Assembly (NCBI RefSeq): GCF_000002075.1
Contig: NW_004797359.1
Location: 1,073,137 to 1,137,136 of the forward strand
Reading direction: 5' to 3'
DNA length: 64,000 nucleotides
From: Aplysia californica
Lineage: Eukaryota
Made by a program: the position numbers and the translations under genes. Positions 13,960 through 25,009 of the stretch are shown here, in pieces. Numbering within the stretch: position 1 is the first letter of the stretch; every line of letters starts with the position of its first letter. The notes under the pieces were generated by a model that worked only from the letters and a program-made list of their open reading frames with translations, ran no database searches and was not told where the DNA came from.

Positions 13960-15750
13960 ATATAAGTATCCTCTATACCAAACTAATGTTTTTGTGAATT
14001 AAGGCAGGTGACACCGTGGCACTCTCCACAAGCTTATGAGGATTCCAGTCCGTGTTTCCAACAGGACAGCGTCGAGTGTCACAGTTGTCCTTGTAGGTAC
14101 ATAGCACAATTTTCAGAAGGTCTGGGGATGCTGCCAACAAGGTGGTCATGATGGGAACATAATGCCCATCCTCATATTTCCATCCCCATTCTACGGGATT
14201 AAGCGTATCATTTCCCAACCACTGTTGCACCTGAAGATGCACTCTTAGGCTATGATACTTAGTAGCAGCTGATGTCGGAGGAAGTGCTTTATATCGCGCC
14301 TGTATAAAATCAAATGTTGTGCCTGTTGCAACTTTTGTGCAGAAGATACCATGGTGTAGTTCATCAGACTTTATTCTGGTTTTCCATTGTAAAGAAGCAC
14401 AAGGGCTTTCTCGCCTGAAGCAGCAACACTTTGGGCAGATTGGTTTGTCATAAAATCTGTACCTCTAAGAGCATCATTTTGTTTTGTTGGAGCTTTTTCA
14501 AAGCAGTGCCTTTCCCGATACCGAATGATCTTGAGGTGGTGTCACAGCCAGTAAGGGAATGGAGAAAGAGAAGAGAATGTCGAAATGCCCCTAGTTGAAT
14601 AATTAATCATTGAATAACCCATTGCTTAATTTTTAAGCTGGGATGTTTTTGTTTGAGTAGAAATAGATGTTATTAGCATGTTCATCAGCATAATGAACTA
14701 ACAGAAGGAGAAGATCTGTATCTTCTCCTATTACAGCGGTATCTTTGTGCTGCGCACACTTGATTGCTGTTTGGACAATCTTAAGGTCAGCATCACATTT
14801 GCTGTCAATGGGAATGTGTCCTCTGTCTTCAAGCACTGACCCGAGGGCATTGATAAAACGTTGCTTATTTTCTTTGTTGACAAGAAAAATACCATTTGAA
14901 GATTGGAGAACCATGTCTAACTTAAAATGAACAGCTTGTCCTGTAATTCCTTCGGCTCTTTTGAGGCGTGTTACGTCTTTTGTCGACAGTCCAGACAAAT
15001 ATTTCACCAAAAACAATGGTTGCGTTTGGATAATTCTTACTGACATACAATAAGAAGCATAATATGTCTCGATAATACAAATGAAGGTGCTCCTTCGATC
15101 GTTGCCAGGGGATACGCAGCAGCAAAGACCCTCCATCAAATGACGATCTGCAGCTGGTGATGGCAGACCAGGCGTAACCGTTGCCCTTGATTTCCAAAGT
15201 TCTTCTAGCATAGCTGATTTGTTGGATTCATGAAGGTTATCTGCAGAGTCAAACAATGACGAGGGGTAGCAGCAAAGTTTGCGTGTAAAAATCACTGTCT
15301 TGTCTTCATATTTTTAAGTTGCAGCCCTGTCACTAATCTCTGAAACAACAACTGAGAGTCAATAGTTACATGGTCTTCCAGTTAGCCTTTAGAGATGTAT
15401 TTGCAGTCATTACAAAAACCTTGTCTTTTTTCTTCAAGGACAATTCTGAGACTGATCCACCTTCAATTTTTCTGAGAATAGTTTGACCTACATCTTGTGC
15501 TTTGTCAACGTTGACAGCTATTTCTGCAACCACCCTCGTAACGATATTTCTCAGACTAGCGTCTTCAGCCAACGGATTTCTCTCATGAAGAAACTTGGTA
15601 ACAGCCATCATATCTTGTGCTTCCTTCCTTTACAGATCTCGATGGACTCAGTTCTTTGTGCAGTTCAGCTGGCTTTGACAGAAGCCACGTTGCTGTCTGT
15701 AATACCTGGTAAGTGTTCATCAATAATAGCCTGCATGGAACTTAGCATAC
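13960..15750 (-). pseudogene. Decayed Academ-type transposase (XPG-like nuclease + Cys-rich C-terminus)
   Basis: Fragments CDADLKIV..VIGEDTDLLLLL, HSLTGCDTTSRSFGIGK, LPPTSAATKYHSLRVHLQVQQW..P.EWGW..C..C, with stops and frameshifts. Confidence 0.75.
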
Positions 15751-15765
15751 CAGTCCGGAGAAGGG

Positions 15766-15796
<31 letters not shown>

Positions 15797-15871
15797 GACT
15801 TATCTACTATGATGCACGAATCATGGAGCACCCCATTTTTCATTTCACCATGGCTTCAACTTGAACTAGCA

Positions 15872-15968
15872 TGAAAGGAGGTGAAAGGAGACAATTCTAG
15901 AGAAGAACATTTCTTGGTCGCTACTCGGATTAGAATCTGGGACCTTTGAATGACAGGCCATGAGAGCC
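15872..15968 (-). mobile_element. Degenerate 5' fragment of the same SINE
   Basis: Reverse complement of the tRNA-like head and first part of the body. Confidence 0.75.
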
Positions 15969-16472
15969 TCTCCGAAAATTCAATTGTCTGCGTAGGCCTA
16001 CGCACTTACAAATTTGTTATCCGTATCGGTATAATGAGAACATCGTGATGTCCCCCCATCACACGTACCCTTAGCGCTAAGCGCGTACGTACCTCTTCCA
16101 CCCAAGCCAAAACCTCTGCTATTCAAGTTTTTCGATTGTGAAGGGGAATTTTTAACTGCATGGTAACAAAGAATGGTGAAATTATAATTTTAAAAAAGCG
16201 CTTGCGTCTCGAGTCTTCAGTTAGATCTATGCAAGGCAGGCTTATAGATCTAGATCTAGATCTAGTCAAGCAAACGGATTGGAGACGAGTCTTTAAAAAA
16301 ACAACCACACACACGCGCGATACGATGGCACGATAGATTTAGAATCAAGATAGCGCATAATATATACGTTCGATACAAGGATTTTGCCACTCCACCTCGA
16401 ACCAAAAGAAAGCAAAATCACCACAAAATAAGCCAGACGCGGAGAGTTGATCCGTGTTGAAATAGCGGGCAT

Positions 16473-16508
<36 letters not shown>

Positions 16509-17123
16509 GCAGAATAATAATAATAATTTTTAAAAAAAATATTCAAAACGGGACCGCGTGCGAAATGCGAAATGCGAAGATGCCGAGTCTGTCGGCCATG
16601 ATTGATTGACCACAGCCGGCCAGCCTCAAGCTTCAACTTCAAAGAGTGCAATATAGATCTACCCCTTGCCCCGTGTAGTATTAGAAAAGAGACAAGTACA
16701 AACCCAAGTACATCTAGATCTACAAGGTATTTAAAGGAACATAAGTGTTGGTAGAATAGTACTTTCACTCCCGCACACAGATGAACTGCTTCGGCTCCGG
16801 GGTGGGGGGTCTCAAACTCACTGCAGTGCAGTCACTACACTACTGTTGTTTGAGTTTGCTGCAGATCACTTAAAGCCACTAAAACTGTCGCAAATCAGTT
16901 ATTTTCAAGAAAATTTCAAATCTAACTGGGTAAGATTGAAGAATATCGGACCAGCGGACTGACTTTGCTTATGTCTCAACCTTAGGTTAGGTAGATCGGC
17001 GCTTTTTCGGCAGATCTAGATTAGATCTAGATTAGTTCCCACCCCGCAATTGTTATTCACGGGTTTTGGCCCGAAGAGTCAAGACGTCAAGAGTAGGGGG
17101 GTTTCAGGGTGACATAACAAAAA

Positions 17124-17237
17124 CGAAGTGTATACAGACCCTGTAACCGGGAACAAAGTCATGAGGTATACAGACCCGGTAGGGGAACTCTTTTGTGATT
17201 TCGGAAAGTTTCAGCCCCCAGACCCGGTAGAAATCTA

Positions 17238-17285
<48 letters not shown>

Positions 17286-17793
17286 GGGAGAGAGAAAGAG
17301 AGGAGGGGGGGGGTGCTAGCAAAATATATGCCCCAGTTGGCAGGAGGGAACGAGAGAAAGATAGAGTGGGAAATAGGTGGGGACAAAGAAAGACAGAGAC
17401 AAACAAAGAAAAAGAGAGGCGAGCGATACACAAGAGGAGAGAGAAAGAGAGAGAGAGAGGGGGGGGGGGGCTGCTCGATTGAAATTATGACATTGTAACT
17501 TGCTCTTTTCTTCAAATTGTGATTCCCCTAACTCCAAAACGGAGGAAAAAGGATCGTTCATCGAAATGACATCCGCAATCTTCATTTAGATCTGGGCTAG
17601 CCGCGAAACTAGATCAAAGATTTAGATCTAAGTTTGTCTGCCTAGATCTAGATGATAGATCTAGAAGCAAGAACCTAGGTCTACCCTGAGCCAAGAGGGC
17701 GCTGGAAACTCTCCGAAATCACAAAAGAGTTCCCTTACCGGGTCTGTATACTTTGTGACTTTGTTCCCGGTTACCGGGTCTGTATACACTCCC
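17124..17793 (+). mobile_element. MULE-like MITE with ~80-bp TIRs
   Basis: TIR (C/G)G(A/G)AGTGTATACAGACCC...; 9-bp TSD TAACAAAAA. Confidence 0.88.
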
Positions 17794-18034
17794 TAACAAA
17801 AATTAGGAAGGGGGGTTTCAGGGGGGCATGCCCCCCTAAATTTTACCACAATTTAATGGTTTGCTGTTGTTAGGTTTGATATCTTAGCTCACCGCGAATC
17901 AAACGTATAGATCTAGATCTAGACTAGATGTAGATCTAGGTCAGGCTCAAATAAGGGGGGTGGGAACTACCGAAAAAGCACTGGTAGATCTAGAAATCTA
18001 GATCTAGGCCTTAATAGGCTAGGAATTCATGATT

Positions 18035-18154
18035 CGAAGTGTATACAGACCCGGTAACTGGGAACAAAGTCACGAAGTATACAGACCCGGTAGGGGAACT
18101 CTTTTGTTGTTTCGGGAAGTTTGAGCCCCCCAGACTAGACCCGGTAGAAATCTA

Positions 18155-18186
<32 letters not shown>

Positions 18187-18512
18187 CTGCTCGATTGAAA
18201 TTATGACAATGTAACTTGTTCTTTTCTTCAAATTTTGATTCCACCAACTCCAAAAGCGGAGGAAAAACGATCGTTCATCGAAAAGACATCCGCAATCTTC
18301 ATTTAGATTTAGGTTAGCCGCGAAACTAGATCAAAGATTTATATGTTTGTCTGCCTGGATCTAGATCTAGACCATAGATCTAGAAGAACCTAGGTCTACC
18401 CTGAGCCAAGAGGACGCTGAAACTCTCTGAAATCACAAAAGAGTTCCCCTACCGGGTCTGTATACTTTGTGACTTTGTTCCCGGTTACCGGATCTGTATA
18501 GCCTACACTCCC
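18035..18512 (+). mobile_element. Second copy of the same MULE-like MITE
   Basis: Colinear with 17124-17793, with a shorter GA tract; no clear TSD. Confidence 0.85.
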
Positions 18513-18544
18513 GTTTTTAATATTAATCCGATCCCAAATGGAGG

Positions 18545-20460
18545 GGAGGACTTCCGTAACGAGTGACCACTATGAGACAGACAGGGTTCCCGCGGCCTCC
18601 TTGAATTCAAGGAGTCCTTGAAAACTGCTTGAATTTGTTTTCAAGGAAAAATCTCCTTGAAAACTCCTTGAATTTGCATTCAAGGAAAAATCTCCTTGAA
18701 AATTCCTTGAATTTTGCCAGATCGGCCAGGAACACGTGTACAGGGTGAATCCCGGGGGCCCCTGGAATTACCCAATAATTTGAAAAAAAATCGCCGAGAC
18801 CCGGAATGCAACGGGGATTTGATGAAATCTGTAAATTGCCCAGTGAAAGACTCAGGAAAATACATAAACGTTCTCGAATATTTGAAAACCTAATCCGTAT
18901 AACGTCTTTGAGTCCATTTTTGCGGGTCACAGTTGTGATATATATATTCATTCGGCGTTTCCCGGCCTGAGAGTACGTTACACGCGCACAGGCGGTTATG
19001 GTGCCAAAAAGTGGAAGTGTATGTGTGATTCCGAAGCTCGATTGGGAAAATGAAGATCTACTTTCGCTTTCGTTACCACCTGGAAATTTGCCGGTAGGAC
19101 CTATAGTAGTCTGATAGCTCTATATTTGTAACATGCAGGTTCTGCATTACATACGCTGTGTCGTCATGAAAATAATTAGTTTTTCCTGTGCTGTCACTTG
19201 TGAAAAAAAAACAAAGAAAAAGAAAGCTTCTTGCCGGGCTCGCCTTCATGACCGGTCATTGAACCAGTGCGTTTTCGTCACATCGTGAGTATCGGCGATG
19301 GTTGAGGTCACCAAAGTTCATGCAAATTCTGAGCGCTGCGAAGTATAGGACTCGGGAATGGGGGGATTATTTTATTTTTTTTAAAACGCATGCGGGGGAG
19401 GGGGGTGGGGTGGGGTTGAAGGCAACACCGGATGACAAAAACTGAACTTGGAAGCAGATTTTACTTTTCAGAATTTTGATTACTAGATCTAGATCTACTA
19501 TCTAGAGCTCTCTGCAAAGCGCGCGTTGGTGCAGGCCTTGTGTGGAATCGGGATCAGTCTTACTCAAACTTTGTAAGCCGTCTTTTTGTAACTAAAGGGT
19601 TCCTGTTTCATTGATTGTACATATGTATTCTATATAATTTTAACTTTCTGTTCAAGATTTGCAGATTTTTTGTGTCACTGCATCTTGCCCTCCCACAGTT
19701 CTTACACCTCTCACACAGAATAGGTCTACTTGAGCCATTCATGTTATTGCTCTACTTTGAGTTAGAGCAATAATTTTTGTCTTTCACGTTTATAATATGA
19801 ATCATGATACCAAGACTGGTTCTTGACAGTGGATATTCTGGTTCTAGGCCTTTTCTCAGGCTCAAAGCAAGATTCTTTTTTTTTTTAATAGTTAATATAG
19901 GCGAATATGATGATGGAAAAAATATGAATAAAAGTAAGAACAGACTGAAATACCTAAGTCACAGTATCCCAGTGCCACACTGACATCATGTTGTTGACTG
20001 GATATAATGTACCTACATGTGTGCGTGCCACGTGTGTGTCTATATATTATATTATTTATTTATAATATATATAAATGGAGCATACACTGTCATTGTTATG
20101 TAATATGCCCCTGGAGAATGGATGAGCCCCCCTCCACCCCGGCCTGGAAAATTGAGAAGGCGGGTTGGCAGTCACCCTGGAAACAGTTTTTGTAGGAAAA
20201 TGGAAACTATTATATGGTTCCTTTCGGACAAGTGTAGGCGTTCGAAAATAGGCTTTCATCATGAATTTTTTTACCGAATCTCCTTGAATTTTAAAAATTT
20301 CTCCTTGAAACCTCTCTGAATTGATGGGAAGTTCATGGCAGGAACCCTGGACAGAGCAGAATTGAGGAGTAGGGGTAGAATAGATCTAGGGGTAGGGTTA
20401 GGGTTAGGCCTCTTCTTTATTGTGTTTGATGGGGTGGTTGCTCGTTATGGAAGTACTTCC
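18545..20460 (+). mobile_element. Second copy of this MITE, split by element C
   Basis: Matches 4814-5023 once 18582-20349 is removed; degenerate 9-bp TSD AAATGGAGG/AAATGAATG (MULE-like). Confidence 0.75.
18582..20349 (+). mobile_element. Related CAGGG-terminal element (copy C: different subtermini, same core)
   Basis: TIR CAGGGTTCC/GGAACCCTG; 6-bp TSD GACAGA, confirmed by the empty site at ~4847-4865. Confidence 0.9.
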
Positions 20461-20665
20461 AAATGAATGGAGAATCTTGGACCGGTAGATCTATTCATTA
20501 CAAATTTGTGAAGGGGGAGACCCCCCTGAACCCCCCACCCCCTCCTCCACCCCAACCACTCGCCCCACCCACCCCACATTCTCGCGCAATAATGTATACG
20601 AGTGGTCCGATATTCTTCAATCTTCCCTCTAACTGTAAAATATCAAATTATTAATTATGGGTTAA

Positions 20666-21574
20666 CTCACTTGCGACTGGGCCCTTTCACCAGTCACAAG
20701 CGTTGAAGACTGGCGTTTTTGGGGGTATTTCAATAAATCACCACAACACTCAGAATTACCCTATTGTAATCATTTTTTGTCACAGTAAAATAACATTCAA
20801 GCTTAATCTAATACAAAAAACAAAAGTTGTCCAATTACTTTAATTTGTATGATTTTTAAAAAAATTGGCATGAATTTGATATTCCGAAAAATTTCCAGAG
20901 ACGTGACAAGTAGAATTAAATTCACTGCAACAACAAAAATAAAAGTTCAAAGTGTTCTGGTTTGATTTGTATACATGTGCGAGTGTTTGGGGAAAATATA
21001 AAAGCTGGTCTGTGCATTGATTCAGACCCATACACTGAATTACATGAGACAGATGTACGGCACGTCGTTGTGATTTCGTTGCGCGAAAAACAACACCGGT
21101 ACTAGTGCTAGATCTTGCCCTAGAACTACGACTCTGGCCGTGTTCGGGTACATATTCAGGATCCTAACTATTAGACACATCATATTCTGAGATACTAGAA
21201 CTAGTAAAACGCACAGAAGTATAGAAAACGGCGAAATTATGTGATTCTTGTTCATGCGACTTCTTCGACCGTTACTACGACGCGACTGTCGGATTACTAT
21301 CAGCTGTATAGAAAAAAACAAAGCGCGAGTTCCGGTCTGTTCAACCCCAGTTGGGGTCACTGTCCTTCACCTTCAATAACTTAAAAACTACCGGCCCCAG
21401 AGATACGAAACGAAGTCTAAGTAGCTCAGGTTTGGCCAAACAAGGGTACGAGGCGGGTCTCGCGATCCGTGCGTGATTTGTAGAGCGAAAAAAAAATTCC
21501 AAAGTTGGTCACGCAGGGCTTGTGAGACTCGCGGCGGGGGTCACGCAACTGTTGTGTGACCCGTCTGAAGTGAG
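20666..21574. mobile_element. piggyBac-like non-autonomous element
   Basis: TTAA-CTCACTT...AAGTGAG-TTAA; interrupts the 6951-7155 paralog. Confidence 0.7.
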
Positions 21575-21671
21575 TTAAAACAGGCATGCCCCCCCTGTAA
21601 CCCCCTAGATTTTCTTTTATCCCAGTGGGGCAGGCCCCCCTGGAACCCCCCAAATTGGTCCAAAGCACGTC

Positions 21672-21975
21672 ATATCTCTACCCTCATCCTGCTGGGGCGG
21701 GGTTTTTATAATGTCGCTCGATTTAATATAAGCCTATTTCGGTACCTCGCCTGCATTCTGGTCCCGCGTCAGTCTGGCCCCTGGCTCAGCGCACGCGCAC
21801 CGAGCATCATCTCAATTCAGGTCCTTCATCGGATCCGCTTTCACGCAGCTCAAGTGTGTGCGCGTCAGTCTGCTTCAAGAGTTTGTGTGCTTTTGTGCCT
21901 TCTTGCCTTCTTCTAGAACCGCCTGTGTTGGTTCGTAACTGAGACGTACGTCTCATTCAAAACACGCCAAGTTGG
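21672..21975 (+). promoter_or_regulatory. Candidate promoter / non-coding first exon of the RBM33-like gene
   Basis: CpG-rich stretch not assigned to any TE here, with GC box GGGGCGGGG (~21694), NRF1-like GCGCACGCGCA (~21789), two CGCGTCAGTCTG Inr-like copies and the palindrome TGAGACGTACGTCTCA (21940-21955). CpG depletion starts downstream. Donor site not firmly identified. Confidence 0.35.
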
Positions 21976-22217
21976 TAGCTCTAGATAAGATGTTTGCCCA
22001 ATGAAATTATCTATATAGAACAAAATGACCCACTTAGACATGAGGAGCTCGAAAGGATAGTCTGGAAACAAGACTTTCATTTTTACAAAAAATCTTTCAA
22101 ATGAGCTTGATTTTGTAATGAAATACTAGACATGATAAAAAATAAGCTTGTTTGATCATTTTAAATACTATTAGATACAAAGAACAATTTGAGAGGAAAA
22201 CATTCGGAAATTGAATT

Positions 22218-24364
22218 CAGTGCTTCCACTCTTCTGTATTTTTACGGAAATCCGTACTTTCTGCCAGTTCCGTACTTGTTCCTCCATCATTATCAACTCC
22301 CTCCGTAAAAAAAATGCAACAGCGTAGGACTAGATGTCTACTGAAATTCTGTAGCAAAAGGTCCGTACTCGCCTTCGTATCATCTTGTATAAGCTACGGA
22401 TATTTACGGTAATTCTCTTGGCAATAAGTTAATGTTATAGTTTTATAGAGACCTGCCAGATTGCGCATTTCCAGCAATCAACCATTATTCCGCTATGCCT
22501 CATGCGTTCATTGCGGGTTGGTCGGCAGTACATTTTTACCTACAGATTGATAAAAATCTGGCGAACTTTTTGTGCCAATTTCCTCCTTTCTATCATTCAC
22601 TCATTCCGTTTGTCTATCTTTGGACTGTTGCCACGGCTGGAAAATATGCGCTTTGATCAAGTATTGACTTGCGATCTTAGACGGAAAATTACTCTCAGAA
22701 AGAAACTTGTTTGCTAATTTATTGTCTAGGTCTTGAGAAATTATCAATGCGAAGATTCAAGGCACGGGAACACGATAAGGGCCGCGCTGAAATAAATTGT
22801 GCTAAAACTACTAAAATCAAGAATAGATCTAATTCGAAGTGGTGTTCCGAGGTTGTGACATGCAACATTCAGAAGTGAAAATTGTGGAAAATTATGGTAT
22901 ACCCTGGGTAACTGTATTGTGAAGGTGCATATCTATTCATTATTTCCAGGTTTGCCTTCTATCAATCGTGCGATGACAACTTGATTGAATTATAGAAGCA
23001 ATGTAAAGGGAACCTGCTTTTAACAGACCTGCCACTCTTCCCGATTTAATCGGGATATCCTGATTTTTTGCTCCAAATTTCAAGCATCCCAATTTCGGTC
23101 GCCAGTATCCTGATTTTTTGTCGTTGCGTCTGTTGCGTCCGATTCTTAGAAAAAAAAAAAAAAGTTCTGCAATCTCTTTTGCTTGGAAGCACCGATTGGA
23201 CTTTTTATGGGCAGGAACTTGGAACGCTATTTTCTAAAGCATCTATGCCGAATCTAGTAGATGACTCATTCACGTTATTTCAAGTAAAGTCGAAGTAGTA
23301 TCGATTTTGAATTCCGACATGGATACGCTCAAGATCAACTTTTGCTTTTATGACCCAGAATTCTCCGATTGTGTCCTGATAACTGTAACAATTTTGACAT
23401 GGGCCAAAGAATGATCTATTCGTTGTTCTGCTGTTGCTTTAAAAGCAAGCTTCGTCGGAGTTCTAGTTAGTCGGGCCCATCATCAAGACCTTGAAACTTT
23501 CAAACGTTCATTCGCTTCACGTGACATGACCTTGTACGTGTGAGTAGCGCGTGTGTCGGGGACCGTCGGCTGTCGGGGTAAACAAAGTTCATTCACACCG
23601 GTCACGTTGGTCGAGGTGTTTTTCGGGACATAAAGTGCGTGCCGTGATACAGGTACTAATTGAGGGGAAAGGAATAAGAAAAAAAAATAAATGAACAACC
23701 TTGGCGCAATCTTTTTTTCGGCGGGGGGGGGGTTGCCTTGCATGTATATGCGATGGAAGTAAAACGTATGAAAACGCGGGCTTTTTGCAGCTATGTGTCG
23801 GTTATTTTCAAAACTACGAGTTTCAGCTTTATTGCAACCTGCGCTCCCCCTGTCTATCCGACTCGGACTCGAGTACATATAAGCTGTCTTTCAGTTTTCC
23901 CACTATTTAGAGGCCCAAATGTGAACTTATTCCTAAAAAGTTTTGTCTTGCATACTTGCCTCATAAAATGGAACAAGGACCCCCACTCCCCCCAGTGCCC
24001 CTTATGACTGATTTGCCGTTGATCCCGATTTTTTTCACCAGATCCTGAGTTTTTTACTCCAAAATCCTGATTCTTCGATTTCATAGAGTGGCAGGTCTGT
24101 TTTAAACATTGCCAGCAATGGAAAGATATGTAGGTGAAAAAATCAAACAAGACAAAATGTTGGCGAACAAATAAATGTTATGGGTTGTAGGCAATCTCTT
24201 CAAACAGGCTCCCAAATGCCATTTTTAATCCTCTAAAGGCACTAAATTCCAATTTCTTCGGTGGCTTCGCCCCCTGATCCCCCCACCGGAACGCTGTCCT
24301 TGGACCCTGCTAGGCCCCCGGCTGAATTTTCCTTACTTTTCAGCTTCAGCTGGTGGAAGCACTG
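22218..24364 (+). mobile_element. Non-autonomous DNA transposon, TIR CAGTGCTTCCAC (carries a nested insertion)
   Basis: Colinear with 44187-45262 except for the 23024-24099 insert. Confidence 0.9.
23024..24099. mobile_element. Nested non-autonomous element, TIR CAGACCTGCCACTC
   Basis: 14-bp perfect TIR; 6-bp TSD TTTTAA; empty site CTGC-TTTTAA-ACATTG in the paralog at ~44977. Confidence 0.92.
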
Positions 24365-24971
24365 TATATTTTCCCCTTACTGAATAAAATGTGGGAAAGT
24401 GGAATTATGCATAATGGACATTTAAAAAATTATTTTTTTACTTTCCATCCAGATACAAAAATTGGTTTTTTCTTTTTATGGTTGGAATGAATGTAGAGAT
24501 TTCACTTGACTTATTTTAAATTAAAGTCAGCTTGAGTAAACGACTTGACTGTGTTTGATGTGGTCCTCAGCTTCAGTGCGATTTAGTCAATTGCTGGAAA
24601 ATATTTATGTTCCAGCAAACAGCAGCTTTAATTCAAGTGATAGGCACTGGTATAACCATGGTCGAAGTTGTTAACTCTCTTTTGTTGTAGCAGATTTGAA
24701 AGTTTCTTGTACGAGTACTTGAGTTTTAGAAGTTACAAAGAAGGATGGGCCCAGTCTATCCCCTCTGTGCCAGGAATGTTATGTTTTGTTCCAGACACTT
24801 TCATAATTTTCTGCGGCAATGGACCTGTTTTATTTCCTCATTTTTAATGGATGTTTAAGAGTTGCGATAAAGACATTGCATCATATACTGGTATTGTTTG
24901 AAATATGTGTTGCAAAAATTGTGTCTTTGATCACAGGCACCGGAGTCTTGACATGATTTAAACCTCCCAAG

Positions 24972-25009
24972 ATGTCTAAAAAACGGCCCACAGAAAGCTC
25001 ATGGGACAG
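24972..25009 (+). CDS. RBM33: RBM33-like coding exon 1 (MSKKRPTESSWD; exon begins 24937)
   Basis: tcacag| acceptor at 24936, aagATGt start, ag|gtatgc donor; phase 2 matches the next exon. Confidence 0.7.

Larger units (their letters stand above)
16929..20627. mobile_element. GG-terminal TIR element with 8-bp TSD (Merlin- or MULE-like), holding several nested inserts
   Basis: 25-bp TIR GG(T/G)AAGATTGAAGAATATCGGACCA; TSD TCTAACTG (16921-28 / 20628-35), confirmed by the uninterrupted paralog at ~7060-7100. Confidence 0.85.

Noticed and set aside
21040-21560. Divergent gene or bidirectional promoter
   Set aside because: The CpG-rich stretch lies inside the TTAA-flanked element 20666-21574.
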